A stretch of DNA of 64,000 nt from Nitrospirota bacterium (lineage in GTDB: Bacteria > Nitrospirota > UBA9217): contig OY760142.1 in NCBI GenBank assembly GCA_963663225.1, positions 2,912,001-2,976,000 on the forward strand. The letters are read 5' to 3'. Made by a program: the position numbers and the translations under genes. This document shows, piece by piece, positions 18,621-28,946 of the stretch; positions within the stretch are counted from its first letter, which is position 1; the number at the start of each line of letters is the position of its first letter. Below the pieces are notes generated by a model that saw only the letters and a list, made by a program, of their open reading frames with translations, was not told the origin of the DNA and made no database searches.

Positions 18621-19271
18621 TTATATCAATCCAGTTCCTTTCAGTATTTCGTTTTCTATGTGTTGCTTAACGTGTGAAAACCCTCTTTTCTTCAATAGGT
18701 CAAGAATCCTCCGGCTACCCAACTCTTTCAAAATATGGTTCTTCTCGACGCTTGCTAAAGAAGACGATTCGGCAACGGTCTTTACAATCTTCGGACGCAT
18801 CTTTTTCAGATACGCCAGATATCGAGATAACTCAGATGGAAAAACATCTTCCAATGCTTTTCTGAGTGTCTTTGTAAGTGCGGGACTTATACCGGAACTT
18901 GAAATAGCAATTGTGAGAGGGCCCTTCCGAACTACAGAAGGCATGATAAAACTGCACTGTTCAGGAATATCAACAACATTGATAAGTTGCGGCGCATCAT
19001 CCGCAATAATACTGTTTATTTCCTGATCTGAAGTCGCCGCTATAACAAGAAAAGCATCATTTGCATCATTCTTTCTAAAACATCTTTTCTTCGATTTAAC
19101 CCTTTTTGCAGTTAAAAGTTTTTCGAGGCCCGGCGTCAAACAGGGGCTGATAACGGTTATGTCCGCCCCAGTCGGAAGAAGCTGCTTTACCTTCCTTTCA
19201 GCTACACTCCCTCCCCCGATGACAACACATTTTTTTTTATTGAGATTTAAAAATACCGGGAAAAATTTCAT
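18621..19271 (-). CDS. sirC: Precorrin-2 dehydrogenase/sirohydrochlorin ferrochelatase (SirC/Met8/CysG N-terminal)
   Basis: FPVFLNL, VIGGGSVAERK, LINVVD.P..CSF..P, AISSSGISPAL. Confidence 0.88.
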   Translation of the reverse strand: MKFFPVFLNLNKKKCVVIGGGSVAERKVKQLLPTGADITVISPCLTPGLEKLLTAKRVKSKKRCFRKNDANDAFLVIAATSDQEINSIIADDAPQLINVVDIPEQCSFIMPSVVRKGPLTIAISSSGISPALTKTLRKALEDVFPSELSRYLAYLKKMRPKIVKTVAESSSLASVEKNHILKELGSRRILDLLKKRGFSHVKQHIENEILKGTGLI

Positions 19272-19538
19272 GATCTTTTTATGATTATCCTTCCTGAGCA
19301 TGATTTGCTGCTGGTATATATAATACTAAATTACAAAGCATTATTGCCAGCAAAATAGCCATTTTTTTACAGTACAGGACACAAAAGAACTGAGGGAGGC
19401 AGCTCTCTAAAAAACATTTTCCATAAAAATGGTGTAAAACGCTCTTGATTGCTTGACACTGGAAATGTTTTGGTTTAGATTTATTATACGAGTAAATGCC
19501 GTCCTAGCATCCATAAATCCAACTTTTGGGGAAATACC

Positions 19539-19823
19539 ATGTTAACTATAACACCTGAAGCACTTGCCATTATCCAGAGAAAAAAACTACCCGTTTTTCT
19601 TGAAATGCCGAAACTGATCACAAACTGCTGTTTTAGCCTTCAGGAATGCCCGACCGTGCATTTTGGAGAACCGAAAAATCGTTCCGGCTATGAAACAAAA
19701 ATCATTAATGATGTGACTGTCTTCGCACCTGATATGCTTCCGGATATTCCTCTCACAATCACCGTGGCGAGTTTTTTGGGAATAAAAAAGCTCGTAATTG
19801 ACGGCTGGTGTCTGATTTTGTGA
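19539..19823 (+). CDS. Small CC-motif protein (CC/Se motif, HesB-like)
   Basis: TITPEA...TNCCFSLQECPTVHFGEP...FLGIKKLVIDGW. Confidence 0.65.
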   Translation: MLTITPEALAIIQRKKLPVFLEMPKLITNCCFSLQECPTVHFGEPKNRSGYETKIINDVTVFAPDMLPDIPLTITVASFLGIKKLVIDGWCLIL

Positions 19824-20036
19824 AAATGCAGCACAGCAAGAAGTGTGTATAATCCCTCTGCATGTACCAGGGCATCAGTCTTTCATCATTGATTAAAACA
19901 ATCCTCCCGTCTGTTCTCTTCACATAGCAACTTGGTTCAACAGTTTTTGAAAGCCAAACAATCGTTGACAATAAAAGCATGCTAAGTATAATGGTCTGAA
20001 CATACTTCATCCGTTAGATAGGGATTAGGCCAGACC

Positions 20037-21440
20037 ATGAGCATCCAATGCCCGGTAACAGCTGCCATTACACATTTTGATAAAAACACATCAGCCTATC
20101 TTGAAGATCTCAAAGACCTTGTTCGCGTCCCCAGCATCAGCTTTCCCGGTTTTGACGCGGCAGCGGTTACCGCCGGCGCTGAAGCTACAGCAAAACTGCT
20201 GACCAAAAGCGGTCTTGCCGATGTGCGTGTCCTCGATTCCGGATCAGGGTATCCTTCCGTGTACGGACAATGGACAGAGGCACCGGGAAAGCCCACGATC
20301 CTCCTGTATGCGCATTATGACATCCAGCCTGCCGGGAGAGAAGAACTCTGGACCACACCGCCTTTTGCTCCGACCGAACGTGACGGCAGGCTCTATGGCC
20401 GGGGAGTTTCAGACGATAAGGGCGGCGTGGTCATGCATGCAACCGCCATCAGCTCCTACCTCTCTGCCGCCGGCAGACTGCCTGTAAACGTCAAAGTATT
20501 GATAGAAGGCGAAGAAGAGGTAGGCTCGACAAATCTCCTCAAACTTCTGCAGAGCCATAAAGCTCTCCTGTCTGCAGATGCAGTCCTCATTGCAGACAGT
20601 GAAAATTTTGCCGAGAGCGTCCCTTCCCTTACCGCATCTCTCCGCGGCATTGTGACCGTGGCTGTCGAGGTGCGTTCACTCTCATCAAGTGTACACTCGG
20701 GGACATGGGGCGGCCCGCTGCCGGATCCGGTTCTCGCTCTCGCTAAGATGCTCGGGAGCCTTGTGGATGACCAGGGGCAACCAGCAATACCGGGCCTGCT
20801 GGATAATATTCGCCCCCTCAGTCCGAAAGAGCAATCGGATCTTGATACATTGCCGTTCAGCGAAAAAGAGTATCGCAAGCAATCCAAAATTATGGACGGA
20901 GTCGCATTCTGGGGCGGTGAAGGCACTACCTATGAAAAAATGTGGTACCGTCCTTCCATCGCAGTCAATGCCATCGAAGCAAGCAGCCGGAAACAGGCTG
21001 CAAATATCATCAACGACACGGCCTGGGCACGCGTCGGCATTCGTACCGTCCCTTATATGAATGCTGAAGAAACGCTGGGCAAGCTCAAAAAACACTTATT
21101 GGAGCATGCTCCGTGGGGTGTGCAGGTGACCATTAAGCCTGAAACGCCATCCCCCTGGTGGAAAACCGACACCGAAGGTCCTCTATTTCAGGCTGCGCTC
21201 TCAGCTCTTGAGAAGGGATATGGGAAAATACCGGTCATTATGGGAGCGGGAGGATCAATCCCGTTTGTGCAAAATATAACTGACGCATTGGGCGGAGTAC
21301 CGGCGCTGCTTTTCGGTGTTGGAGACCCCTACGCTGCCGCGCATTCTGAAAATGAGAACCTCCTGATCTCCGATTGGGAGAATGGATGCCGGAGCCTTAT
21401 CTATCTTTTTGGTAAATTATCGGAACTCCGCAGCGCTTAA
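20037..21440 (+). CDS. M20 family dipeptidase
   Basis: YAHYDIQP, GRGVSDDKG, EGEEEVGS, GGSIPF, AHSENE. Confidence 0.9.
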   Translation: MSIQCPVTAAITHFDKNTSAYLEDLKDLVRVPSISFPGFDAAAVTAGAEATAKLLTKSGLADVRVLDSGSGYPSVYGQWTEAPGKPTILLYAHYDIQPAGREELWTTPPFAPTERDGRLYGRGVSDDKGGVVMHATAISSYLSAAGRLPVNVKVLIEGEEEVGSTNLLKLLQSHKALLSADAVLIADSENFAESVPSLTASLRGIVTVAVEVRSLSSSVHSGTWGGPLPDPVLALAKMLGSLVDDQGQPAIPGLLDNIRPLSPKEQSDLDTLPFSEKEYRKQSKIMDGVAFWGGEGTTYEKMWYRPSIAVNAIEASSRKQAANIINDTAWARVGIRTVPYMNAEETLGKLKKHLLEHAPWGVQVTIKPETPSPWWKTDTEGPLFQAALSALEKGYGKIPVIMGAGGSIPFVQNITDALGGVPALLFGVGDPYAAAHSENENLLISDWENGCRSLIYLFGKLSELRSA

Positions 21441-21499
21441 TACAGCAATCAGCGCCGCTACACTATCGGCGGGGAACGCGGGTTGGAGGTGCTAAACAA

Positions 21500-22222
21500 A
21501 TGTCTGAAAAACGATCAGTGCTCATAATCTGCCGCACGGCTGCGGGACAAATGTATCTTGGTGTTCTTCTGAACCGCATTTGGTTTTCCCCAGTTCTGGC
21601 GAAAACCGTGGAAGAAGGCATCCGGCTTGCCCAGAAAACCATCTTTTCACTCGTGCTTTTTGACTGCGATATTGCGGAATCGGCCATACAATCGTCAATC
21701 AACATGTTGAAAAACGACCCCGTCCTCAAAACGCTGCCGTTGGTTGTTTTCAAAACCAGCGACAACCCTGTTTCCAGCGAATCGCTGCTTTCCCAGGGAT
21801 GCTCTGCGGTCCTGGAAAAACCTCTCGACTTGACCCTGCTCTACGGCGTGCTCCAGCGTCTGAGCGGCCAACCGAGAAGCACACCGCGCGTTTCTGTAAA
21901 GATCAGGGTGGAAATTCTCGAAGGAACGCCGGAACCAGCCCTGACCTGTACCAACCTCTCTGAGGGAGGGATGTATCTCAGGACGCTAACACCATTGCCG
22001 GAAGGAACCACTATGCATATAAAGTTTACCCTTCCGCATGACACGCAGGCAATAGAACTTGTCGCAAAAGTGGTCAGGACCTTGCCGCTTGCAATCCAGC
22101 TCGAAGCAGACCCCGGGATGGGGCTTTCCTTCATCGATAGCACTCAAGACATCCAATTGAGAATCCGAAATTTCGTTGAGTGGGAAATGACCGGCGATCT
22201 TGAGTGGAACTCAGGGCTCTGA
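21500..22222 (+). CDS. Degenerate receiver plus PilZ-domain protein
   Basis: Receiver-like N-terminus; PilZ motifs RSTPR, NLSEGG, PGMGLSF. Confidence 0.75.
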   Translation: MSEKRSVLIICRTAAGQMYLGVLLNRIWFSPVLAKTVEEGIRLAQKTIFSLVLFDCDIAESAIQSSINMLKNDPVLKTLPLVVFKTSDNPVSSESLLSQGCSAVLEKPLDLTLLYGVLQRLSGQPRSTPRVSVKIRVEILEGTPEPALTCTNLSEGGMYLRTLTPLPEGTTMHIKFTLPHDTQAIELVAKVVRTLPLAIQLEADPGMGLSFIDSTQDIQLRIRNFVEWEMTGDLEWNSGL

Positions 22223-22242
22223 CGATCCGCTCTCAAAAAAAC

Positions 22243-22935
22243 CTACGACGCAAGTAATTTGTCGTTGATTTTTATCTTTGTTCTATCGTAAATCCCTTTG
22301 ATATATGCTGATAGGGTTTCTCTCTGTTTTCCTGCCAGATACATCCGGCGAAAATTTTCCTTGTTCTTTTCAAAATCACCCGGTTTTGCCTTGGCGCTTC
22401 TTTGCTGAAAGGCAGCGGCAAGTTCAGCGTCCGTCACGGTGACACTGTCCCGTACCAGTTGCTCCAGCTTTTGTCTCAGCAAAACACTGCGCTGGTTTGC
22501 TTCAAATACTGCCGGTTTCATATTGATGCTGTCGAGGACGCGCTCATATCGCTTTTTATCGAATTTTCCGTCCTGAGAAAAAGCAGGTTCCTGCATAATC
22601 GCGGTCTGAAGTTCCTGATCGCTCACCTTCAGTCCAAGACGCGCAGCTTCCTGGACAAGCAAACGATCGGTGATCAGTTCGCGCAAAGCCTGCATCTTGA
22701 GGTCTTTCGTCATTGATTCGTTTAACTGGTCCTTTAAAATGCCCCGATACGTTTCATACATGTTCCTGTAGACCCGGTTGAAATCATCCTTGGTGATCAC
22801 ATCACCATCTACATTGGCCACCGCGCCCCCGCCTACATCGGCCGGGTAAATCCCGAAGAACAGAAAGGTCACCACCACAAGTATGATGGTTATCCACATC
22901 AACCAGTTCATGTGCTTTCGCATCGATTCAAGCAT
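22243..22935 (-). CDS. SurA/PpiD N-terminal domain chaperone
   Basis: MLESMRK, TM helix, VANVDGDVIT, LGLKVSD, FSQDGKFD. Confidence 0.8.
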   Translation of the reverse strand: MLESMRKHMNWLMWITIILVVVTFLFFGIYPADVGGGAVANVDGDVITKDDFNRVYRNMYETYRGILKDQLNESMTKDLKMQALRELITDRLLVQEAARLGLKVSDQELQTAIMQEPAFSQDGKFDKKRYERVLDSINMKPAVFEANQRSVLLRQKLEQLVRDSVTVTDAELAAAFQQRSAKAKPGDFEKNKENFRRMYLAGKQRETLSAYIKGIYDRTKIKINDKLLAS

Positions 22936-22972
22936 TGTTTATCCCCCCGCCCCTCTCGTCAATGTTTTATCA

Positions 22973-24403
22973 CTATTTACTCAATTTCTGCTTCAACAGC
23001 TGGTTCACCAGATCAGGATTTGCCTTGCCTTTGCTTGCCTTCATCACCTGACCGACAAAAAACCCGAACAGTTTGTCCTTGCCCGACTTGTATTCCGCGG
23101 CCTGCGTGCTGTTGGTTTTGATGACTTCGTCGATGATCTTTTCAAGAGCCCCGGTATCGGAAACCTGCGTGAGCCCCTGCTCCTGCACCACCGTCGCAGC
23201 GTCCTTCCCGGTTTTATACATCTCTTCAAATACCGTTTTCGCAATTTTTATGCTGATTACGCCGGTGTCAATGAGTTGAATCATTCCGGCAAGCCTGTCA
23301 GGTCTGATGGGCGAATCCGTGATGTCTTTATTTTCTGCGTTCAGAAGACGCATTAATTCTCCCATCATCCAGTTTGAAATTGTTTTAGGCTGATTAGACA
23401 GCTTCACTGCTTCTTCGTAGTAGTCAGCCATGGCCCTGCTTTGGGTCAGCATGTCCGCATCATATTCCGGCAAACCGTAGTCTTTGGCAAAACGGTCCCG
23501 CTTGGCGTCCGGGAGCTCCGGGATTGTTTTTCTGATATTTTCAACCATGTCACCGGATACTTTGATCGGCACAAGGTCCGGTTCGGGAAAATATCGATAG
23601 TCGTGTGCCTCCTCTTTGCTTCTCATGGAAAAGGTTACACCCTTTGTTGAATCGAAAAGTCGTGTTTCCTGAACCACCCGTCCGCCGTCGTCCAGCAGCT
23701 GCGACTGGCGTTTGATTTCATATTCAATGGCTTTCTGCACAAACTTGAAGGAATTTACGTTTTTGATTTCTGCGCGTGTTCCGAATTCTTTTGATCCGAC
23801 CGGGCGGATCGAGACATTGGCATCGCACCGGAAGTTACCTTTCTCCATGTCCGCGTCGGACACTTCTATGTATCGCAGGATGGCCCGCAGTTTTTTCAGA
23901 TATTCGGTTGCCTCCTCCGGCGTACGAAGATCCGGTTCAGACACAATTTCCATCAGGGGAGTGCCTGCCCGATTCAAATCCACCAGACTCGCATTCCCTT
24001 CCGTCATATGAAGATTTTTTCCTGCATCTTCCTCCATATGGATACGGGTGAGACCGATCCGCTTCACTGCCCCGTTGAGAACGATCTCGATATAGCCGTG
24101 TTCGCAAATCGGAAGCTCATACTGGGATATTTGATATCCCTTGGGAAGGTCGGGATAAAAATAATTTTTGCGCGCAAAACGACTATAGGGGGTAATCGTG
24201 CAATGCGTTGCCAGACCCGTTTTAATCGTATATTCAAGAACCTTTTTGTTCAATACCGGCAAAACGCCCGGCATGCCGATGCAAACGGGACAGGTGCGCG
24301 TGTTTGCTTCTTCACCAAAGCGGGTTTCACATCCGCAAAATATTTTGGTAGCGGTCTGGAGTTGGGCATGGACTTCTAGTCCGATGACTGCTTCATATTT
24401 CAT
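22973..24403 (-). CDS. gatB: Asp/Glu-tRNA amidotransferase subunit B
   Basis: [37 protein letters not shown]. Confidence 0.97.
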   Translation of the reverse strand: MKYEAVIGLEVHAQLQTATKIFCGCETRFGEEANTRTCPVCIGMPGVLPVLNKKVLEYTIKTGLATHCTITPYSRFARKNYFYPDLPKGYQISQYELPICEHGYIEIVLNGAVKRIGLTRIHMEEDAGKNLHMTEGNASLVDLNRAGTPLMEIVSEPDLRTPEEATEYLKKLRAILRYIEVSDADMEKGNFRCDANVSIRPVGSKEFGTRAEIKNVNSFKFVQKAIEYEIKRQSQLLDDGGRVVQETRLFDSTKGVTFSMRSKEEAHDYRYFPEPDLVPIKVSGDMVENIRKTIPELPDAKRDRFAKDYGLPEYDADMLTQSRAMADYYEEAVKLSNQPKTISNWMMGELMRLLNAENKDITDSPIRPDRLAGMIQLIDTGVISIKIAKTVFEEMYKTGKDAATVVQEQGLTQVSDTGALEKIIDEVIKTNSTQAAEYKSGKDKLFGFFVGQVMKASKGKANPDLVNQLLKQKLSK

Positions 24404-24433
24404 ATTTTTCCCTCGCAGATTTTACAAATAGCT

Positions 24434-25894
24434 TCAAATTTTTGCTCGTTGCTTGTGCCAGTCAGTGGCTTGCTCGTACGCATACGCTGCGTGAAGAATG
24501 GAGGCTTCATCGAAATGTTTGCCCAGCAGCTGGAGGCCGACAGGGAGTTTTTCACTCGTAAACCCGCACGGGATCGACATACCGGGGATCCCTGCGAGGT
24601 TGACGCTGATGGTGAAAATATCAGACAGATACATCTGCAACGGATCGGTTGTCTTCTCTCCAATCTTAAAAGCGGCCGTCGGGGCCGTGGGCGTGACCAG
24701 GACATCAACCGTTTTGAATGCTTCTTCAAAATCGCGTTTAATCAACGTTCGTGCCTGTTGCCCCTTTTTGTAGTATGCTTCGTAATAGCCAGCTGAAAGC
24801 GCATAGGTACCGAGCATGATTCTGCGCTTTACTTCGGCCCCAAACCCCTGTTCGCGTGATTTCATGTACATATCAAGCAGGTCTTTGGGGGTTGAAGTGC
24901 GAAATCCATATTTCACTCCATCGTAGCGCGCGAGATTGGAACTGGCTTCCGACGTTGCAAGAATATAATATGTTGCAATCGCATATTCTGAATGGGGAAG
25001 TGAAACCTCGGAAACCGTTGCTCCGAGCCCTTGGAGCGTTTTGACCGCTTCTTTCACCAATTTTTCTACTTCCGGATCCATGCCGTCAATAAAATATTCT
25101 TTCGGCATTCCGATTTTCAAACCTTTCACATCTTTTTGAAGCGGTTGTACGAAATCGGGAACCGAAACATTTGCTGAGGTGGAATCTTTGGAATCATGGC
25201 CTGCAATGACATTCATCAGAAGCGCCGCATCTGTTACATCCTTGGTAATGGGGCCGATTTGGTCGAGAGACGACGCAAAAGCGACAAGACCGTAACGGGA
25301 CACCCTGCCGTACGTAGGCTTCAGACCGACCACCCCGCAGCACGCCGCCGGCTGACGGATGGACCCTCCCGTGTCGGAACCGAGGGAGGCGATGCATTCG
25401 CCTGCCGCAACGGCGGCGGCAGATCCTCCGCTTGACCCTCCGGGAATCCGTTCCAAATTCCAAGGATTTCTGGTGACAAAGAAACCCGAGTTTTCAGTGG
25501 AAGAACCCATGGCGAATTCATCCATGTTCGGCTTGCCGCAGAGCACATACCCTGCCTGCTTCAGGCGCTGAACGACGGTTGCATCATAGGGAGGAACAAA
25601 GTTTTTCAGTATGGCAGATGAGCACGTTGTCTTGATGCCGTCAGTACACATGTTGTCTTTAACGGCGATGGGTATGCCGAGAAGCGGCGAGAAGTTTTTT
25701 CCGGATTTAATATGCCGGTCAGCCTCTTCCGCCTGTTTGTAGGCCGCGTCTTCCGTAACCGAGATATAGGCCTTGACCTTATCATCGACTGCTTTTATCC
25801 GGTTCAAAACCGATTCGGTCACTGCGGAGGCCGTGGTTTCTCCTGCCTTCAGCATATCATGCAAGTCGTGGATCGTACGGGTGTAGAGCTCCAT
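24434..25894 (-). CDS. gatA: Asp/Glu-tRNA amidotransferase subunit A
   Basis: [33 protein letters not shown]. Confidence 0.97.
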   Translation of the reverse strand: MELYTRTIHDLHDMLKAGETTASAVTESVLNRIKAVDDKVKAYISVTEDAAYKQAEEADRHIKSGKNFSPLLGIPIAVKDNMCTDGIKTTCSSAILKNFVPPYDATVVQRLKQAGYVLCGKPNMDEFAMGSSTENSGFFVTRNPWNLERIPGGSSGGSAAAVAAGECIASLGSDTGGSIRQPAACCGVVGLKPTYGRVSRYGLVAFASSLDQIGPITKDVTDAALLMNVIAGHDSKDSTSANVSVPDFVQPLQKDVKGLKIGMPKEYFIDGMDPEVEKLVKEAVKTLQGLGATVSEVSLPHSEYAIATYYILATSEASSNLARYDGVKYGFRTSTPKDLLDMYMKSREQGFGAEVKRRIMLGTYALSAGYYEAYYKKGQQARTLIKRDFEEAFKTVDVLVTPTAPTAAFKIGEKTTDPLQMYLSDIFTISVNLAGIPGMSIPCGFTSEKLPVGLQLLGKHFDEASILHAAYAYEQATDWHKQRAKI

Positions 25895-25897
25895 TAC

Positions 25898-26254
25898 TTA
25901 TAACTCCTTTTTTATCTTGTTCTGGTCATCTACGAGAATAATCCTGGGTTTGTACGATTTAAGTTCTTCTTCGATAAAATACTCATAGCAAAAGACAATG
26001 ACTTTATCGCCTTTTACTCCCCGCCGCGCAGTCGGGCCGTTCAGCACCATATCACCGGATCCCCGTTTGCCCGGTATAATATACGTCTCGAACCGTTCCC
26101 CGTTCTGGAGGTTGGAAACGTGAACCAGTTCATATGGAAGCATTCCCGCCGCTTCGATCAGAACAGGATCAACGGTCAGGCTTCCTTCGTAGTCGAGATT
26201 CGCATCCGTTACCGTTGCACGGTGAATTTTTGAACGCAGCATCTGTCTATACAT
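25898..26254 (-). CDS. panD: Aspartate 1-decarboxylase
   Basis: KIHRATVT, YEGS pyruvoyl cleavage site, NGERFETY. Confidence 0.95.
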   Translation of the reverse strand: MYRQMLRSKIHRATVTDANLDYEGSLTVDPVLIEAAGMLPYELVHVSNLQNGERFETYIIPGKRGSGDMVLNGPTARRGVKGDKVIVFCYEYFIEEELKSYKPRIILVDDQNKIKKEL

Positions 26255-26320
26255 AATATTCTCCTTGGTATTTGTTGCATTGTTTCATGAACTGCATTGC
26301 GGTTTCATTCGTTGCATGCA

Positions 26321-26608
26321 TTATTCGATTATTTTAGGTACTTTGTAGTGGCCAGCCGCTTTTTCCGGTGCATTGGCCAGTGCCCGCTCTTGTGACAGAC
26401 TTTCCTGAGGCACATCGTCGCGCATCACATTATTGATATCCAGTACATGCGACGTTGGTTCCACCCCCTTTGTGTCCAGCTCGTTCAGTTTTTCGACATA
26501 CGTCAGGATATTTGAGAGCTGATCGGTAAGGCTCTCCTTTTCCCTCTCGGCAAGCTCCAGCCTGGCAAGCTTTGCCACATGTTCAACTTCCTGTTTTGTT
26601 ATTTTCAT
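26321..26608 (-). CDS. gatC: Asp/Glu-tRNA amidotransferase subunit C
   Basis: VEHVAKLARL...NAP...KVPKII. Confidence 0.95.
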   Translation of the reverse strand: MKITKQEVEHVAKLARLELAEREKESLTDQLSNILTYVEKLNELDTKGVEPTSHVLDINNVMRDDVPQESLSQERALANAPEKAAGHYKVPKIIE

Positions 26609-26643
26609 GTATCACTCCTGATCCCCGGCTTCTATCGACAGCC

Positions 26644-28875
26644 TTATATCGATTCCAGGTTTGCATATTTTACTGCCAGCATTTTTACTCCATACCCGGG
26701 AAAACTGACACTTATTTTCAGATCATCGCCTGAACCTTCGGAACGCTGCACAGTTCCGATTCCGAACTTGGCATGGCGAACGACAGCCCCCTTGTAGTAC
26801 CGCGTATCGGAGCTTTGAGAAGACCCGCGTTGCAGGACCGGAGTTTCCCGCAGAAAATTTCCATTTCCCACCGCGGGAGAAGGACTTGTTGTTCTCCCCG
26901 CAATCTGATAGGGACGATAACTTTTTAGGGCATCGGAACAGGAATTTTCCAAAATCTCGGAAGGTATTTCCTGCACAAACCGCGAGACAAGATTTGCCTG
27001 GGGATAGCCGTACAGCCTGCGTTCAGCGGCATGAGTCAGAATCAGGCGTTCTTTGGCCCGCGTTATCCCAACATAACAGAGTCGGCGTTCTTCTTCAAGA
27101 TCTTCTTCGCTTTCCGCAGATCGCGCGTGTGGAAAGAGCCCCTCTTCCATTCCTGCCAGAAAGACGACGGCGAATTCGAGTCCTTTCGCATTATGCAGCG
27201 TCATAAGCGTCAGTGATTCCGTCTTTCGAATTTTTCCATCAGCTGCGGTCTGCTGTTCCAGGTCGGTAATGAGCGCGACCTGATCCAGAAAAGCATTCAA
27301 CGAGGCATCATGGTGCTGTTCCTGAAAATCCTCCGCAGCTGTTATGAGTTCGTTCAGGTTTTCAAGCCTGATTCTTGATTCCACTGTTTTGTCCTGTTCC
27401 AGAGAGGCCGCATAACCAGTTTCATGAATCACGGTTCTGACAACGTCCGTAGGGGTAAGGTGGCTTATCGACGCGCGCAAGCGAGACAGCATTGCCACGA
27501 ATTCATGAAGTTTTTTTCTTGCAGACGGAGTAATGTCGGCAGATTCCGGATTTTCAATCGTTTGATACAGGCTTCTTCCCGACTCGACAGCTGTTTTTTC
27601 AAGTCTGTCCATCGTGGTATCGCCGATTCCCCGTGCAGGCACGTTGATAATCCGGTGAAGACTTACTGCGTCTGCAGGGTTCTGGAGCACCCGCAAATAG
27701 GCGATAATATCCTTGATTTCTTTTCGGTCGTAAAAGCGCAAACCTCCGAAAATACGGTATGGAATTCCCCAGTTTCGCAGCGCGTCTTCGATGGCGCGGG
27801 ACTGGGCATTTGTCCGATAGAGGACCGCAATTTCCTGGAGACTTCTGCCCTGGTCGACTTCAGTCTGGATTGTTTTGCACAAAAACCGGGCCTCATCTTT
27901 TTCGTCCGCGGCTTTGTAGCACAGGATGCTGTCGCCGCCACGTTTCTGCGTCCAGAGTTTTTTGTGCTTTCTGCCGAGGTTGTGAGAGACAACAGCGCCC
28001 GCCGCCCCCAGAATATTCTGGGTGGAGCGGTAATTCTGATCCAGCGTGATTACCCGCGCATCGGGAAAATCCTTTTCGAAGTTTAAAATATTTGCAATGT
28101 CGGCGCCCCTGAATTTGTAAATGCTTTGGTCGTCATCCCCTACGACGCACAAATTCCTTCGCTGCGCCGTCAGAAGCCGCACAAGCCGGTATTGGGCGTG
28201 GTTCGTATCCTGGTATTCATCGATCAGAATATGGTGAAAGAGGTCCTGATAGAAGGAACGAATGTCCCCGCTGTGCTCGAACAGCGTAACCGTGAGCATC
28301 AAAAGGTCATCGAAGTCCAGTCCATCCGATTCTTTCAGTTTTTGTTGGTACAGGGTATATACGCGCGAAACCGCCTCGTCAAAACCGAAGGCCGCGCTTG
28401 TCTTTACGAATTGTTCTTCGTCTATCAGGTTATTTTTGAGCGAACTGATCTTTGCCCCAATGGCCCGTGGTTGATAGCGCTCGGCGTCTATTCTGAGATC
28501 GGCCATGCATGTTTTTATGAGAGAGGAGCGGTCTGTCTCATCATAAATAACGAACGAGCGCGTGTAGCCAAGCGCATGAATATGCTGCCGCAATATTCTC
28601 ACGCAGGCAGAATGAAACGTGCTGATCCAGAGTTTTGTCAGCGGTATCCGGAGTAGCCGTTCAACCCGTTCCTTCATTTCACGCGCCGCTTTGTTCGTGA
28701 AGGTGACTGCGAGCACCCGTCCGGGGTCGACGCCGCGGCCGTGAATTACGTGTGCGATCCGTGAGGTTATTACGCGGGTTTTGCCGCTTCCCGCTCCTGC
28801 AAGAATCAGCAGAGGACCGTCACCATGCAACACCGCTTCGCGTTGAGGTGGATTTAAACCTTCGAGATAATCCAT
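26644..28875 (-). CDS. pcrA: PcrA/UvrD ATP-dependent DNA helicase
   Basis: AGAGSGKT, DEYQD, VGDDDQSIY, QNYRS, TLHNAKGLEF, YVGITRA. Confidence 0.92.
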   Translation of the reverse strand: MDYLEGLNPPQREAVLHGDGPLLILAGAGSGKTRVITSRIAHVIHGRGVDPGRVLAVTFTNKAAREMKERVERLLRIPLTKLWISTFHSACVRILRQHIHALGYTRSFVIYDETDRSSLIKTCMADLRIDAERYQPRAIGAKISSLKNNLIDEEQFVKTSAAFGFDEAVSRVYTLYQQKLKESDGLDFDDLLMLTVTLFEHSGDIRSFYQDLFHHILIDEYQDTNHAQYRLVRLLTAQRRNLCVVGDDDQSIYKFRGADIANILNFEKDFPDARVITLDQNYRSTQNILGAAGAVVSHNLGRKHKKLWTQKRGGDSILCYKAADEKDEARFLCKTIQTEVDQGRSLQEIAVLYRTNAQSRAIEDALRNWGIPYRIFGGLRFYDRKEIKDIIAYLRVLQNPADAVSLHRIINVPARGIGDTTMDRLEKTAVESGRSLYQTIENPESADITPSARKKLHEFVAMLSRLRASISHLTPTDVVRTVIHETGYAASLEQDKTVESRIRLENLNELITAAEDFQEQHHDASLNAFLDQVALITDLEQQTAADGKIRKTESLTLMTLHNAKGLEFAVVFLAGMEEGLFPHARSAESEEDLEEERRLCYVGITRAKERLILTHAAERRLYGYPQANLVSRFVQEIPSEILENSCSDALKSYRPYQIAGRTTSPSPAVGNGNFLRETPVLQRGSSQSSDTRYYKGAVVRHAKFGIGTVQRSEGSGDDLKISVSFPGYGVKMLAVKYANLESI

Positions 28876-28946
28876 TGTAGAATCCATCGATGACCACAAA
28901 ATGAGTACTGCTGTAAGCTGGAAAAAGAACTCATAATCTGAATTTA

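Noticed and set aside
19539-19823. Selenoprotein
   Set aside because: Both motif residues are Cys codons (tgc tgt); the only in-frame TGA is the terminal stop.
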